Shown: one piece after another, positions 1 through 12,645 of the stretch
Numbering within the stretch: the stretch's first letter is position 1
Layout of the letters: every line of letters starts with the position of its first letter
NCBI GenBank assembly: GCA_030704615.1
Contig: CM060731.1
Span: 21,576,001-21,640,000 of the forward strand
DNA length: 64,000 nucleotides
Origin: Takakia lepidozioides
Lineage: Eukaryota; Plantae; Bryophyta
Direction of reading: 5' to 3'
Position numbers and translations under genes: made by a program
The notes under the pieces: model-generated
Database searches by the model: none
The model's input: only the letters and a program-made list of their open reading frames with translations
Told to the model about the DNA's origin: nothing

Positions 1-1235
1 CAGGGCTGTTTTGAATCATAGGAACAATTTTTCCAACTGTGTCCCTCCATTCAGCAGAAGACCCCTCACTGTTAGACCTAGAAGTTCTGCCAAGGATACT
101 GTAGTGATTTTCAAAGGTTTTGACAATGTCAACCGATGAAGTCACCACTGCACCTTTAGTAGTCTTCAGCGCTTGTACTTGCTGACCGTTTTTAGGCTTG
201 TACAAACGTTGAAGGGCCAACCATAATTTCTTGTCATTACCACCATGGTGGTTTGAGTTTATTTCACTGTATAACTTATCCCAGTATAATTTCTTCTGAG
301 ACCTAACAAGCTGATTGATATCTTTCCGGAGCTGATAGTACCTCGCCCACAATTCTCTGTTGGTTTTCAAATTGCAGCACTCTTTATAGAGGGCTCGTCC
401 TCACCAAAAGGCCCAATGATATCGTCCTGATGGAGCCCTTTGCCCACCCGGGCATTGAAGTCACCCAATAGCACTACCTGACCTTTGGCAAGGAACGAAG
501 CACAGTCCAGCTTTACATCTTCGAAGGCTTTGTCTGCGTCAGCACTAAGGGTCCCCTCTGTGGGCATGTAAACACAACCCACAAAGAGGTCCTTCGTACT
601 CATGCCGCCCTTCAGATTCAGTTTTAGCCAGATACTATGTTCGTACCTCAAACCCTTGTTGATAATTTCACAATTATCAAACAAGAAATCACGGACAAAG
701 AATCCAACCCTTTTTTGACCGCGTTTGGCAGAGGCTGCCTTGAGAGTACACATCCTACCTGCCCATTTATAACCATTGACATCTCCAACCAGTTTATCCG
801 AAGTTTCCCATGTTTCTTGCCCAACACAGATATGAATATCATTAGTCCGAAGGACTTGTCCCACTTCGAGTTGTTTCCTTTGGTAAGTAAGCCCTGAGAA
901 GTTGAAAGTGGCCAGCCGCAAGCCAGCCCTTTGCATGTGAATTGTTTGTCGTCTAGGTAGCTTGGGATTGCTCCTGGACGCCCAACCGTTCTGCAAAGGG
1001 GGGACAGTTACCCCATGTGTAGATTTTGCTCGTCTTGTGTAAACTCTTGAGTACCAAATCCTTCAGATTCAGGACGTTCAGGTTCTGTACACTTAGGGGC
1101 ATCTTGTCCCTCTGGCTGTTTGGATTCAATAAGGATGAGAATAGGCCTGATACAGTGAGTACAACCATTGTGTCACGCCAATCATTATTAGGAAAGAAAA
1201 TAGGCCTAATGTGCTCATTACCTCTGATGACTGGG
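1..1235 (-). mobile_element. Degenerate LINE fragment (AP-endonuclease region of ORF2, internally deleted)
   Basis: ORF 367..996 has APE motifs (LATFNFSGL, QETW, VYMP, LLGDFNARVG). It jumps after GPFGEDE and runs into stops. The sequence continues off the left window edge. Confidence 0.85.
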
Positions 1236-1694
1236 AATCTTGATGCACATGTCCTCCTGTCATTGCTGCACAACAATCCGCCACCACACCCGCATATCAT
1301 CACCGATCAGCCCAGGCCTGCCCCACATTCCCGCGCACTTACTTCATCCCCTTCGATTCCTGCCCTCTACATACATCACAACCTCAAACCTTCTCCCAAG
1401 TCAGTGCCCTCACCACATTCTGGTGCCCTCACCACATTGTCCTACCATGCCCTGTGGAGAGGAGGGGAGAGGAGAGGAGGAAAAAGAGAAAGCCTGCGGA
1501 AGGGAAGGCGAACGCGGGAGAGGAGGAGAAAGAAAAGAGAAAGCCGCGGGAGGTCAGGGGAGAAAGATCGTGGAGCGAAAAAAAAAAAAAAAAAAACAAA
1601 CATACAAAACGACGATTCCACTATTCGTTCCCGGGATGCATCGCGGCGGAATCGCCATTCTTACCACTACACTATCCCTAAAAACTCAACAACC

Positions 1695-1831
1695 CCCTCC
1701 TGTAAAATTATATTTAAGGTGTTTTAAACCCCCATCTGTATGTATAATGTTGTACATGGGGGGGTTTAAAATACCCCCTCCTGTGCACGCACGTGGCTAG
1801 TACATTTAATGAGGAGTGCACCCCCCAGGCC
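1695..1831. mobile_element. Right terminus of a putative hAT-like DNA element that truncates the CACTA transposase next to it
   Basis: Ends in ...GAGTGCACCCCCCAGGCCT, the reverse complement of the segment starting near 37326. Both carry subterminal ACCCCCTCCTGT motifs. CACTA coding sequence starts abruptly after 1831. Confidence 0.5.
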
Positions 1832-3014
1832 TCGGATGTGGAAGGAAGAGGAGGATGCACGAACCAAGGACATTGTTTTGCCCAAAAAATTGAAGAGGGT
1901 AAAATTGCCGACCTTGGTGATTGAGCAAGCGCATGACTTCATACTGAAGAACACCCCATCCATACATGAGTGGGAGGCAAGATACAATAATCTTGTTCAA
2001 CAACGAGAGGAGGAGACGCTTGCATGGAGGCGGAACCATCCAAGGCCAGTTACTAGACGCCCACGACGAGGAGCGGGCCGCCGGAATGTTCCTTCACAAA
2101 ATTTGCCCATGGAATTGCAGCCTCTAAGTTCATTCCAACAGTGGCTTCGGACTTCAGTTTATGATGTCGTTGCTCAAGGAGAGGTGGTTTCAGATTTGGT
2201 GCAAGACGTTGTAAGGGGCCTCTCTCAATTCGCGACCTCATACACGGCGGTTTGGGTTCACGGTCGTCATTTCCGCATTCGTGCTCTTGACATGAAGCGC
2301 AAAACAACCTTTGATTCTGGCTTGTGTGCCACATATTGGCAAGACTCCGTGTGGGGCAAGGGAGATACACGACCTGCTATGAGCAAACTTGAGTACATTG
2401 GAGAGCTTGAGAGCATATTCCAACTTCAGTATACAAGGTACCGGCCTCTTCTCTTCAAGGGAAGGTGGTTCCAGCCACATCTTGTGGGGCCCTCCGCAAC
2501 ACTAGTGCAAGATGATTGTGGTTTCATGCGCGTCAATGCAGATAGGCTCAACCCTACTCACCGTCCCTCCGATGAGTCTTTTTCACGGCCTTCAGACATG
2601 GAGCAAGTTTTCTTCTCCGATGACAAAACAAGAGGGGGGAATTGGAAGGTGGTTGTGCATGCTCAGCCAAGAGGAAGACGTATCTATCATGGTCTCGGAT
2701 CTCCATGGGGTGAGGCAATTGCGGTGGACGGAGAGACTAGTCATAATGATGCTGATGATGGAGGTTGGGTAGAGGGGGTAGAAGAGGATGATGACGCCCC
2801 GGACAATGCATCCTGGACCCTATATGATGAAGCTCTAGAAGATATGGATGTTGGAGAAGAAGACGAAGACACGGCCATTGACAACGAGGTGGAGGATGAT
2901 ACGCAGGTGCCTTTTGAGAGCCGGGCCATTTATGACGATGACTCCGATGACGAAGAAGACTTGCAGCTTGATGAGGATAAAAAGGCTCCAGATGATGATG
3001 TTCAAGTTGATTAG
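1832..3014 (+). pseudogene. CACTA (En/Spm) TnpD-type transposase, C-terminal part (DUF4216-like) with acidic tail; 5'-truncated
   Basis: Motifs GRHFRI..FDSGL..YIGELESI..PLLFKGRWF..DDCGF..EQVFFSDD..WKVV. Homologous to the C-terminal pieces at 23743..24490. Confidence 0.85.
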
Positions 3015-3650
3015 ACACAAATGTCGTGCGGCTTTTACTCACCCATCCCTTCACTATCCGAGGTGGAAACTCCAAGATAGAAGAGTTGGATATCTCTAAG
3101 CACTCAGCCCACTCAGTACAATCAGTCATGACCTGCAGCTAGTGAATCATGGTTGTGCTTCCCCTTTGTATTCCTTCTTGCCTTCATATTATCAATTACC
3201 TTATCTGATACTGAAGCATCAGATTGCTTCAGTATATTCTTAGTTTCAGTTAATCATGCATTCATTTCACAGCTTCACTCATGTCTCTCTACACAGTGTG
3301 ATTGTATCGAATAAGTTTCAGATTACGATTTATCAGGTACTAGGCCAATGTCAAGTGACTCTAATCCACCCTACAGTATCACTACAGTTCTGCATGAAGT
3401 AAAGCATCTACTGTTCATCTCTCCTACTACTCCGTGCTCTCGTTCTTGCTCTCCGTCTGATCTCCTCTCCTCCCTGACCATCAAGCGCTACCCCCGTGAA
3501 GTGTCCTCTTTCCGTTGCCGCTCCCCTTATCTGCCCGCAAGCTGTTCTAACCACCTAACTAATTAACCGTCATCCCCCAAGTATCACGTTCCTTTTGCAG
3601 ATATCGTTCCCTCACAGTCGTTCCCTGCCATTGATAATTGTTCCCCATGT

Positions 3651-3855
3651 ACTGTGACAGGCTGTGTCAAGCTGTGACTGGCTGTGTCGGTTGTGTTGGC
3701 TGTGACGGGCTGTGGCGGCCGTGCGAAGCTGTGTCAGGCTGTGTCGGCTGTGATTGGCTGTGACGGACTGTGTCGGCTGTGCGAAGCTGTGTCAGGCTGT
3801 GTCGGCTGTGATTGGCTGTGTCGGGCTGTGTCGGCTGTGCGAAGCTGTGTCAGGC
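3651..3855. repeat. Degenerate GCTGTG(TCG)-based minisatellite with a higher-order ~60-bp unit
   Basis: Repeated GGCTGTGTCGGCTGTGA(T/C)TGGCTGTG. GCGAAGCTGTGTCAGGCT recurs at about 3723, 3781 and 3839. Confidence 0.9.
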
Positions 3856-3859
3856 TAGA

Positions 3860-4790
3860 GGGTGCCCCTCCTTGTCCACAGTTACATCTTATGTAGGGAC
3901 GATGCCAATTGAAGAGTTGACTCTTGTGATTTTTGGATCTGGCCGAACCAGTCGGCAAGTCATTTTTGGTCCTCAAGGTAAGGTTCTCACCTTTGTCACA
4001 GAGCTTGCAGTAGAAGGTCCTTAGTGGCCATGCCACAACAATAGGTTCTTTTTTTATTCTCTGAAAACCCTCCTTAGCATCCTGTGTACATCTACTGCGT
4101 TCAGCAGGAGTTATGTTGCCCCATTTGACCCACATTTCAATAGAAATGGGTGCCAATAAGTTGATATTAGCATGTGGGTGCCACATCATGTGGTCGTTAT
4201 TGGCAACCTCTAATTCAACTGCACGGGGAGGCAACCAAGGGACAAACCGCAGATTTCCAGGAGTGGCACCTGCTGCCCTTTCTTGTTCCACTTGTGAGAT
4301 TTCTACTTGTTCACAGAATTCTCTCACTGCCTCTTTTTCTTCATCTGGTAAAATCATGTGCCCAAGGATTGGGTGATTACTTACAGAAGGGATGAAGTCT
4401 TTTTCAGATGTGTTTGCAGATTTCTGTGTGGAGACAGTCTGGTCATCTTCTGGGTTCGCCATTCTAAGAGCTGCCTCAATGGCTGATCCCTTCTTTTCCC
4501 ATTGTATCAGCTCCTCGGCATCATCTTCCAGTACCTCAATCATTTTAGTATTGAATTCCTGGAGCTTCTCCAGGTACCTGCCATTCTTATTTGCCATGAT
4601 GCCAAGTGCAACCCAATTTTCCAAAGCCGAGGTTTCAAGTAATAACACGGGGTTTTCATCACCTGAATTTTCCAAGGCCTCAGTATCCATCTTTTGCAAT
4701 GCAGCATGAAAGTCACTTGGTGTGACTTGTGCGAGGGTAGCCTGCACAGCAGGAATTGGAGGAGGTAGTGGGGCTGATACCCCAGGGCTA
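3860..4790 (-). other. Uncharacterised ORF (about 300 aa, CxxC and CxC near the C-terminus), probably TE-derived
   Basis: Long stop-free frame 3734..4747 that reads into the minisatellite. No ATG start in the track and no recognisable family. Confidence 0.3.
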
Positions 4791-5724
4791 TGAGGTCCTC
4801 ATTCCAGCTAGGACCTCCTTTGGTGACTTTCTGTCAAGGCCCCCCGAGAACGTTTGTCAATATATCAAAATGAGAAGGTGAAAAGGAGAAGGGTAAGGGT
4901 AGATGGTGTGTACAAAAACCACTAAGTACACTGATCAGATAAAGAGAGGGAAGATATACATGTCATGTCAAGACATGGACAAGACCGCTAAGGTCATTGT
5001 CATTGAAAGACAAAACAGCCTTTACAGGGCACCATCTAACATTCCCTTTCATGTTTACAATCTCATTTGAATACCCCATTACATTTCAGGGTCTCTGAAA
5101 AAACAGGGTGGGAGGGTGGGATTCCAGGTCAGTCATATCATGAAAGCACCATAGTTTGCACCATCATTTCAAAAACTCATTTCAAACTCATTTCAAAAAC
5201 CAGATTGCAGGTTTGGGGATATTTCCCAGAATCAAGCTCATAGCACTTCAAGTTGAAACAACCAGCCATTCATGCCTTAAGTATTGCAAGTAGACACAAC
5301 ACCTTAGCAAAACAAGTTGTGAAAACCAGATTGCAGGTCTTGGGACAGTCCCCAAGACTCATGCTCAAAAACAATTCAAGTTGAGTTTGAAACAGTCAAA
5401 CAAATATGCCTTAAGCATTTGCTGGTTTACATCATGCTTCCTCTTGCCCTATTGGCATGGTTCAAGACATGGTATATATCATGAGGCTGCATGCCAACAT
5501 CCAGGTTTTGAACAAGTCTTCTCCCTAGAGGCTATTGCTGGCCTGAAGGTGACGTTTCAGTGTCGTGTCACAAGCAGGAATCATAAAACAAAAGCAAGGC
5601 AAATTATCTCAAATTTGCCTGCTATCAGCCCTCAAATTCAGACTGCTATGAGAGCCTTAATGAGTGTGTGTGTTCCCTAAACAAGGCGTACCTGTTTGAC
5701 ACAACAGAGTCAAGCTGAGAGGTT

Positions 5725-8700
5725 TCATTCCAAAGCTAGTTTGGTGATGTGTCGAGCAAGAATATTTCTTTCCTGCAATGAAACCAAACAATGATATCAA
5801 AATAAATCCGACGAACACCAACCATCGAAAGATTGAAAGGGTTAGACTTTTTCTTGAGACAACTAGCAAACACACCAAACTCCCGAATAACAAGCACCCA
5901 AAACACCCACAACTCCAATAACATGAACCTTCACTGCCCAGTGGAGGTTAACAAAATGGAAACATCCAGACATAGGTTAAACATGCTATTCCGACAACAT
6001 AAAAACACGAGAGTTAAATCCGGCAAACTGAAAACACAGACAATTCCAAGATGCAGAATCCACTTACAAGCAGAACGTATGTCATTGCCAGTCCTCCGAA
6101 AATGTTCACACAAGACATTCCGTCCCTGCAAAAAAAAAAACCCATGTAATCGTAGGTGTCCGCCCTCAGCTCATGAGTGTAAGTCATGCACTCCTTCTCC
6201 TGCGAGGTCGGGTCTACATCTGGTCCTTGGATAACAAGATTAATTGGGTCCGACGTTAACAAAACAGTTTGAATGTGATCGTCCGGATTCACCATCTCCT
6301 CATCTGTTGCCGGAAATATGTAGTCGAGGCAGAGGATCGTCCGGGAGAAAATAGTCGTGCAGCTCTTGTAAGGTGATTCAAACTCGCCGGGAAAGTAATA
6401 GCCCTGTCGGATAATAAACGATTTTGATCCATGACCATTCTGGATGTATGACACAAGATTTCCCAATGATTCTTGTGTCGAGAAAAACACAAATGTACTG
6501 GACATTAGCTTCCGAGCCACAAAAGCATCCAGGATATTGGAGTAGTCTTTTGCCTCGAAGACGACAGAGTCATCATCACAAACTGTGTTGACGAACACCA
6601 TAGATATGTCGTCGAACCATTTCTTCGGTGCAAGTCCCAACCGTGATCTGGCATCAACAAATTTCTGGTTTCCCCCCAGCTGTGTGTAATGGGACCTGAA
6701 GCTCGTGCGTAGAATCGCCAGGGCATTCTTGTTATCCTTGAAGGTCTGCTTGCACGACAAGACATACTTCTTGAAGGCAGCAGTCATTGGCTGCGTCTCC
6801 ATATTCATCTTCTGTTTACTTACAATGTAGTCGTTTCCGAGCCGATCTCGAAAAGTTTCAAACTCAGCTTTGTTGAAGTTGTATTTTTTTTTTTACATCA
6901 CGCCACTCCTATTTGGTATACGGTTCCGGGTTCTGTTTGCTCCTCTGAGGCCACCCTAAGACTTCCATTACATCGTCGATAATATTCCGTTGCAATTTCA
7001 TTTGGTCAATATACGCGCTCATTGTGTTTTGTCCGCGCCCTTAAATTTCGTTCCCCGAATGCAAATGTCTCTGTTTAGGATTTCCTCCGCCCACTCTTTT
7101 CAACTGCCTGCTATTAAGTCATTGCAGTTTCGCAATAGCGGTTTTATTCAGCGGTAGCTGTTCACCCTTGCACTGAATCCCGAAAATATCAATAAGCTTC
7201 ATTTGTTCCCACTGTTTGAAAACCTCCTCCCACAGGTTTCATACGTCTTCGTCACAGAGAACCAGAACCATGGCCTCCTTCACGCTACTCATCTCCAGTA
7301 TGAGTTGACATGCTTGCATAAATTCCTGGGAAAATAATCAGGGCCAAAGTTAAACATTTCATTCGATATTTGATATTAAATTTTGAGATGAAACAATAAT
7401 CACAACTATCATGTCAATTATACTATACTCCAAATGATAATTCTATTACCAATTCATCTCCGTCCATCTTGTTGTGCCTTGTAATTTGAAGCTCTTTTTG
7501 TAGTGTCTCCTGCTTCGGAATGCGGTGCTCCTCCAAGTCAAATTTGTCCAATCTGTTCATGTTCTCCACCAAGAACAGTTCCAAGAGTGTACCTAGAAAA
7601 TCCTTGAAAAACCCAATGAGCATGAAAAGTTTTGGAAGCATTCTCCGCAACATCACATTTTCATGATCATATGATGTTTCAAGTATTTTTGCGGCACATT
7701 TCCGGAACTGTTACAGGTGGAGAACATAAATAGATTGGAAAAATAAGAGCTGGACAAGCACCTCATTATCAAACAAGACACATTACAAAAGACCTCGTCA
7801 TGTCGAATTTCCGAATGCTGAACCATCCCGCTCGTTCATTGTAGCACCCTCCCTTATGAAGCTATTTTTGTAGTGTCTCTTGCTTCGTAATGCGGTGCTT
7901 CGTAATGTGGTCTCCGTTCGTCACATTAAATCCGAGCTTGCAAATATTTTGGTTCTCTAGCAAAAGGAACAGAAAACACAATGAATCATTTACCTTCCAT
8001 TGTATAGTCTCCGTTGTGTGGTCGTTGTACTTTTTCGGCCTCCCTCTCAGCTCGAAGAAATTTCGGGCATGTGCAACTTTCTCGGGAAAGGTTGTGTCAA
8101 ATTTCTGCGCCTTATTCGGGTCATTTAGGAGCTTAGATAGCTTCACGAGCCTCATCAGATCCTTTGACCATAAAATCTTTGAGGGCCAGTCAGTGTAGTA
8201 CTTCTTAAGATTGTCGTCGTCTACGTCTTGCACAAGTTCCTGCGACAGAATTGAATAAGGTCAGAAATTATATCGACCTAACAAGCATGTTGTTTAAAGT
8301 TCATGAACCTCCACTGTCCAGTGGAGGTTCATGTTGTTACAAAAATTGGAATTTGTTGAGAAATATACCTTGGCAGCAATGATCGTGTGTTGTCCACCGA
8401 TGACGAAGAATCTGGAATTTTCCACCTCCTTCCAGTTTCGAGGTTTCGAATTAGAAACCTCCATAGGCTTCTCGGGGTTTACGGGAATCAAATAAACTGG
8501 ATGTTTGGAGTCGAACACCCGGAGCTGGTAAAAACGCGCTTTGACTTCGTCTTTGTGCTTCACATTTAGGGGCCTGTACACCATATCCCTGGGAGCAAGC
8601 TCCATCATGGAAACTTTGACGTCCTGGGTCGCCTCAAACCCAAAAAGAAACATGTCATTATAGTCTTGCTCCAGCCTCTCCAACATCTTCTCACACTTCT

Positions 8701-11100
8701 CTTTGTCGAATATGTCTTCAACCTTAGGTTTCTTGTTATCTGTCATGAACGCGTGATCCATCTCCTCCTTTTGTTTCTTCTTTCCCCCTGATGTCCCGGC
8801 CTCTTTCTCATCACCACCGGCGTCAATGGATTTCCGTTTTCCTTTCTTTGGCCTCCCTCTTGCAGCCTCCTCCTCCCGCGTCTTTGCAATCTCCTTACCC
8901 TTTAAGTAAAGCACATCCAAGAAAATACCCCAAGCCATGCAAAATCCTTCATCTGTAAATTGAGTATATTCGTCGAAATATGTGAACCCCGCCCTGATGG
9001 ACTCTCTCATCATGGCCTTCCTTAGAATTCGTACCTCCAGTTTGAAGCCAAACGTTTTGGGAAATCTACCATCTTCCATCATGAACATTACCAGCATTGA
9101 AAATTCCACCTCCATCTCCAACTCTACGTCGACCATATCTGCATATTTGAGCTCGGCGACCTCTGCACCATCTTGAATTGGAACCGGAACTTATGGTCCG
9201 GAGGTGTGCCAACGGGTACAATGCCCCATTCTGTGATCTCCGGGTTGAGCTCAAAAATTGCCAGGTGATCATTCTTGAAATTCGGAGATTTCCGAGAAAC
9301 AAAAGAACCACAGATAGGTTTGCACATTCCAACAATACAATCCCTGGGGGTGATGTTGCTGTCCACAAAACAAACCACCTCTGTCGTCAGACACGTATCA
9401 TAACATACCATGCAAAACTCCCAGGACAGTAATCTCCACTGTCCAGTGGAGGTTCACCACTTCACATGCTCATAGCTGACAGATAAAAGAATCCAATTCA
9501 GGAGAAAAAAAAGATATCACTCATAAGAAGAAAAAAAACATTTATTCAGAGAAGGCTCGTCTCGCCATTCCATACATCATGCGGTCTCAAAATTGTTCGA
9601 ATAACGAATACCCAATATCTACAAGAACTCATTTTCTTATATCTACAATAACTATAGGAGGCTATCTCGAATCATCCTCAAGGTTTGAGGGGAGTATTCT
9701 CTAGGGGTATATGTCGGAGAATCTCCAGAGATGTATTCTGGAGAATCTCCAGGGACGTACTCAGGAGAATCTGCAAGGACATATTCTGGAGAATCAGCGG
9801 GGATATATTCTGGAGAATTTACAAGGACAAATACTGCATACTGAGGAGAGTGAGGACTGTATCCGGGAGAGGACGGAAGGACGGATCCCGGGTACTGTTC
9901 ACTATTTCTTACAGAAATGTCATTATCTGAATCAGACTGAAGATTGCACTCATCACTTTCATCTTTCTCTTCCTCTGTTTCCTCCGTTGTCTCCCCTCAA
10001 ATAAGTCCCTCGAACATTGATTCGACAGTGCCCGGATTTATGAAGGTTCGCACGTCAGAGCCCACATCTGATATTTGATTCTCAGATCTCTTCTGGAAGG
10101 TTTTTGTTTTCGATACAACCAGTGATGCGTCTTGGTTTTCTGCTTCGTTGATGCTTACTGGATTCTGTCTCCTTGGCCTCTTACAGATGTCGACGACGGT
10201 CTCAGAACCATCTTTGGCCACCGTGTGCACTCCTGCTCCCTTTCTTTTTATACTGACAGAACAGGCACTGACATAAATCTATCTCAATACACCCTTATGT
10301 TGTGCCTTGGCATAGTAACACGCAGGAACCTCCATTGGGCAGGCGAGGTTCATGTGGTTTGTCCTGCCGGAGTTTATGGAGGTCTAGTGGTCTACGGAGA
10401 CTAGTCTACTAGAGCAGCCTAGGCCCGAAGAAAAACCTGTTTTCAAATGTCGGAAATTTGGAAAATCAATCGCAAAAAACCATGATCCTAACCCGTCATA
10501 GCCCTAATCCATAACCCTAATAATCCAGCAGCACCAGTAAACCAGGACCACAAACCACCCATACCAACCACCAGCAGAGAAGCGGCATTGCATTGAAACA
10601 CCTAAACAACTTTAATCAATTCTAACTAATGGAAACAGCTTTGGAACCACATGAATTGAAATGAGATGCTCCGCATTAGACAAGACAACACAATCACGAA
10701 ACGTGACATGCAAGAAACAAATGGTGCTCTATAACCTCTGGATCGAAAACGAGTGAGGAAGAGAAGCAAACCAACAGTGACGTGGGTGATGCTGACCAAC
10801 AAAAGCAACAGCAAAACAAAAACAAAAGCAAATCAACAAACAGAACAAAGAGATAATGAGATAATGACATCAAACCAGATGCGTAAACGAGAACATTACC
10901 TGCTGGATGCGTGAGCCATTTCGGTGCTCCTGTTGCTGACCTGAAACGCCTGACCCTTAAGCTTCCACCGCTCTCCCTTACGCTCTGCTTCCCTCCCGTC
11001 TCCTGTCTGCACTTGAATCCGCTGTCTGCTTCCTTTCCTCCACTGAACTGCATGCTCTCTTCTCTCAGCTCTCACGACACCCTGCACAACACGCTCTCTG
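5725..11100 (-). pseudogene. Multi-exon transposon accessory gene: CTD-like repeats + ParB/Srx-like domain + degenerate beta-class amino-MTase-like C-terminus; disrupted by stops and frameshifts
   Basis: Predicted GT-AG exons: about 10900-11050, 9650-10252, 8369-9380, 7994-8239, 7593-7707, 6068-7326 and 5725-5772. Motifs YRPLN...FFVIGGQHTIIAAK|ELV...WPSKILWS...LSKLLN and ELRADTY..FFCRDGMSCVNIFGG..VLL|ERNILA. Confidence 0.65.
9700..9830 (-). repeat. 24-bp coding tandem repeat (about 5 units) encoding (D/N)SPEYxPx octapeptides
   Basis: The + strand unit is about GGGATATATTCTGGAGAATCTCCA. The minus strand translates as NSPEYIPADSPEYVLADSPEYVPGDSPEYISGDSPTYTP. Confidence 0.85.
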
Positions 11101-12645
11101 TTCTTCACGCTCTCCCCCCTTCAAAACTCTCTGTTTTCTAGCGCTAGTCGGTCTTACCACTTCCGCAGCGCTTCCGCGTATACAATGGAGTGGCGAAACG
11201 GTGGGCTGAACGACCACACCCCTTATATGGTGCCATCGCAAAGGATCTGAACCATCACGTCCTTTTAAAATCGAACGGTCGCGCGTGTTCCATCCAACAT
11301 CCATGCAAATATCATCCAATTCATCCTTTCCATTCTGTCCATCCATTTTACGAATGACTAGATGAAATAAAAAAATAGATGAATGAACGAGAAAATGTGA
11401 CGTTAATGATCCCTTGCACAGGATCATCAATTATAACCCCGTGGGATATTTCCCACACCCCACACGTGACGATAAATGAAATGTACAAGTCAGATCCTCC
11501 TGCGGCGTTTTGCCGCTGGGAATTACTGCTCTTGACCATGTCTACATTCGGCGGATTAAGGCTTGGAATATTTCCTCTGTCACTCATTTACGCCCGCCGC
11601 ATTCTCGGCCGACTGTCATAGCTGCACGAATTCATGAAACGCTTGTCATCGGCGTCAGGCCTTCATCCACTTGGACAACATTGAATGCAAAATACGTACT
11701 GCTTGATAAGCACGAGTGCGAAACCATTGAACTACCGTTATCGTTCTGGCATCATAATTGTTACATAGGGATCTACCAGTAAAGGACACTCTTTTCCGAA
11801 ATCGGTCAAAGAGTGCACTCTTGCACCATCTAGAACCGTTCGATTGTGGCCATATCGGATATCAACGGCAACAGAAATCGATCCGCGAGACAATGTATCG
11901 CACTATCCCATTGGAGGAGTTCCAACGGGCAACCTGGTTTCACCTCTATATAAGGTCTGAGTGCAAACTGTTCAAACCTCTATCTCCATACCTCTCACTT
12001 GCAGATTGTGTTTCCCGCACCTCTCTAGTCATCTCCGACCTCACTTCCCATAGTGCACCTCTCTGAGCATCCTGTACCTCTGTAGCCATCGTAGGTGTAC
12101 CTCTCTGAATTTCCATAATCTCTCGTGTGAACTGCATTTTCTCCTGTACTAAATGTTATGACATCTGTGTGTTTTCGATAATCTACAGGAAAATCTACTA
12201 ATTTCTCATCTGCATGTTTAGAAATTACAGTACAATACTCTTCAATTTCTGTATTTTGTCATACCTCAAGTTGTGGACCTCCACTGGACAGTCGCGTCAA
12301 TGCTCACATTCATCCGTCATTACAATTATTCTTCCACGTAACCATGTTCATCCACTAGTATTCATCCGTCCGATTTTTATTTTTTTTATCTCATCCAACC
12401 TCCACTGTACAGTGGAGGTTATATAATTAGACATAATCTTCATATGACATGTTCCAGACCAAACAGTAATTCCATTTCTATTCTACTTCTCTGAAATGTT
12501 CATACGCAAGTGTATTTCCTTTTATTATATTGATTCATCTCTGAATATAGTCTTAACTCATACTGCTTATTACTGTAAGTAAGGTCGTCACGGAGGGGTT
12601 TTCAGTTTCTTGAACCTCGCGCGTGCAGTGGAGGTTCCGGTGATC

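Noticed and set aside
1026-1800. Overlapping + strand ORFs of 233 and 186 aa
   Set aside because: Antisense to the LINE plus low-complexity purine and A tracts; no domain signal.
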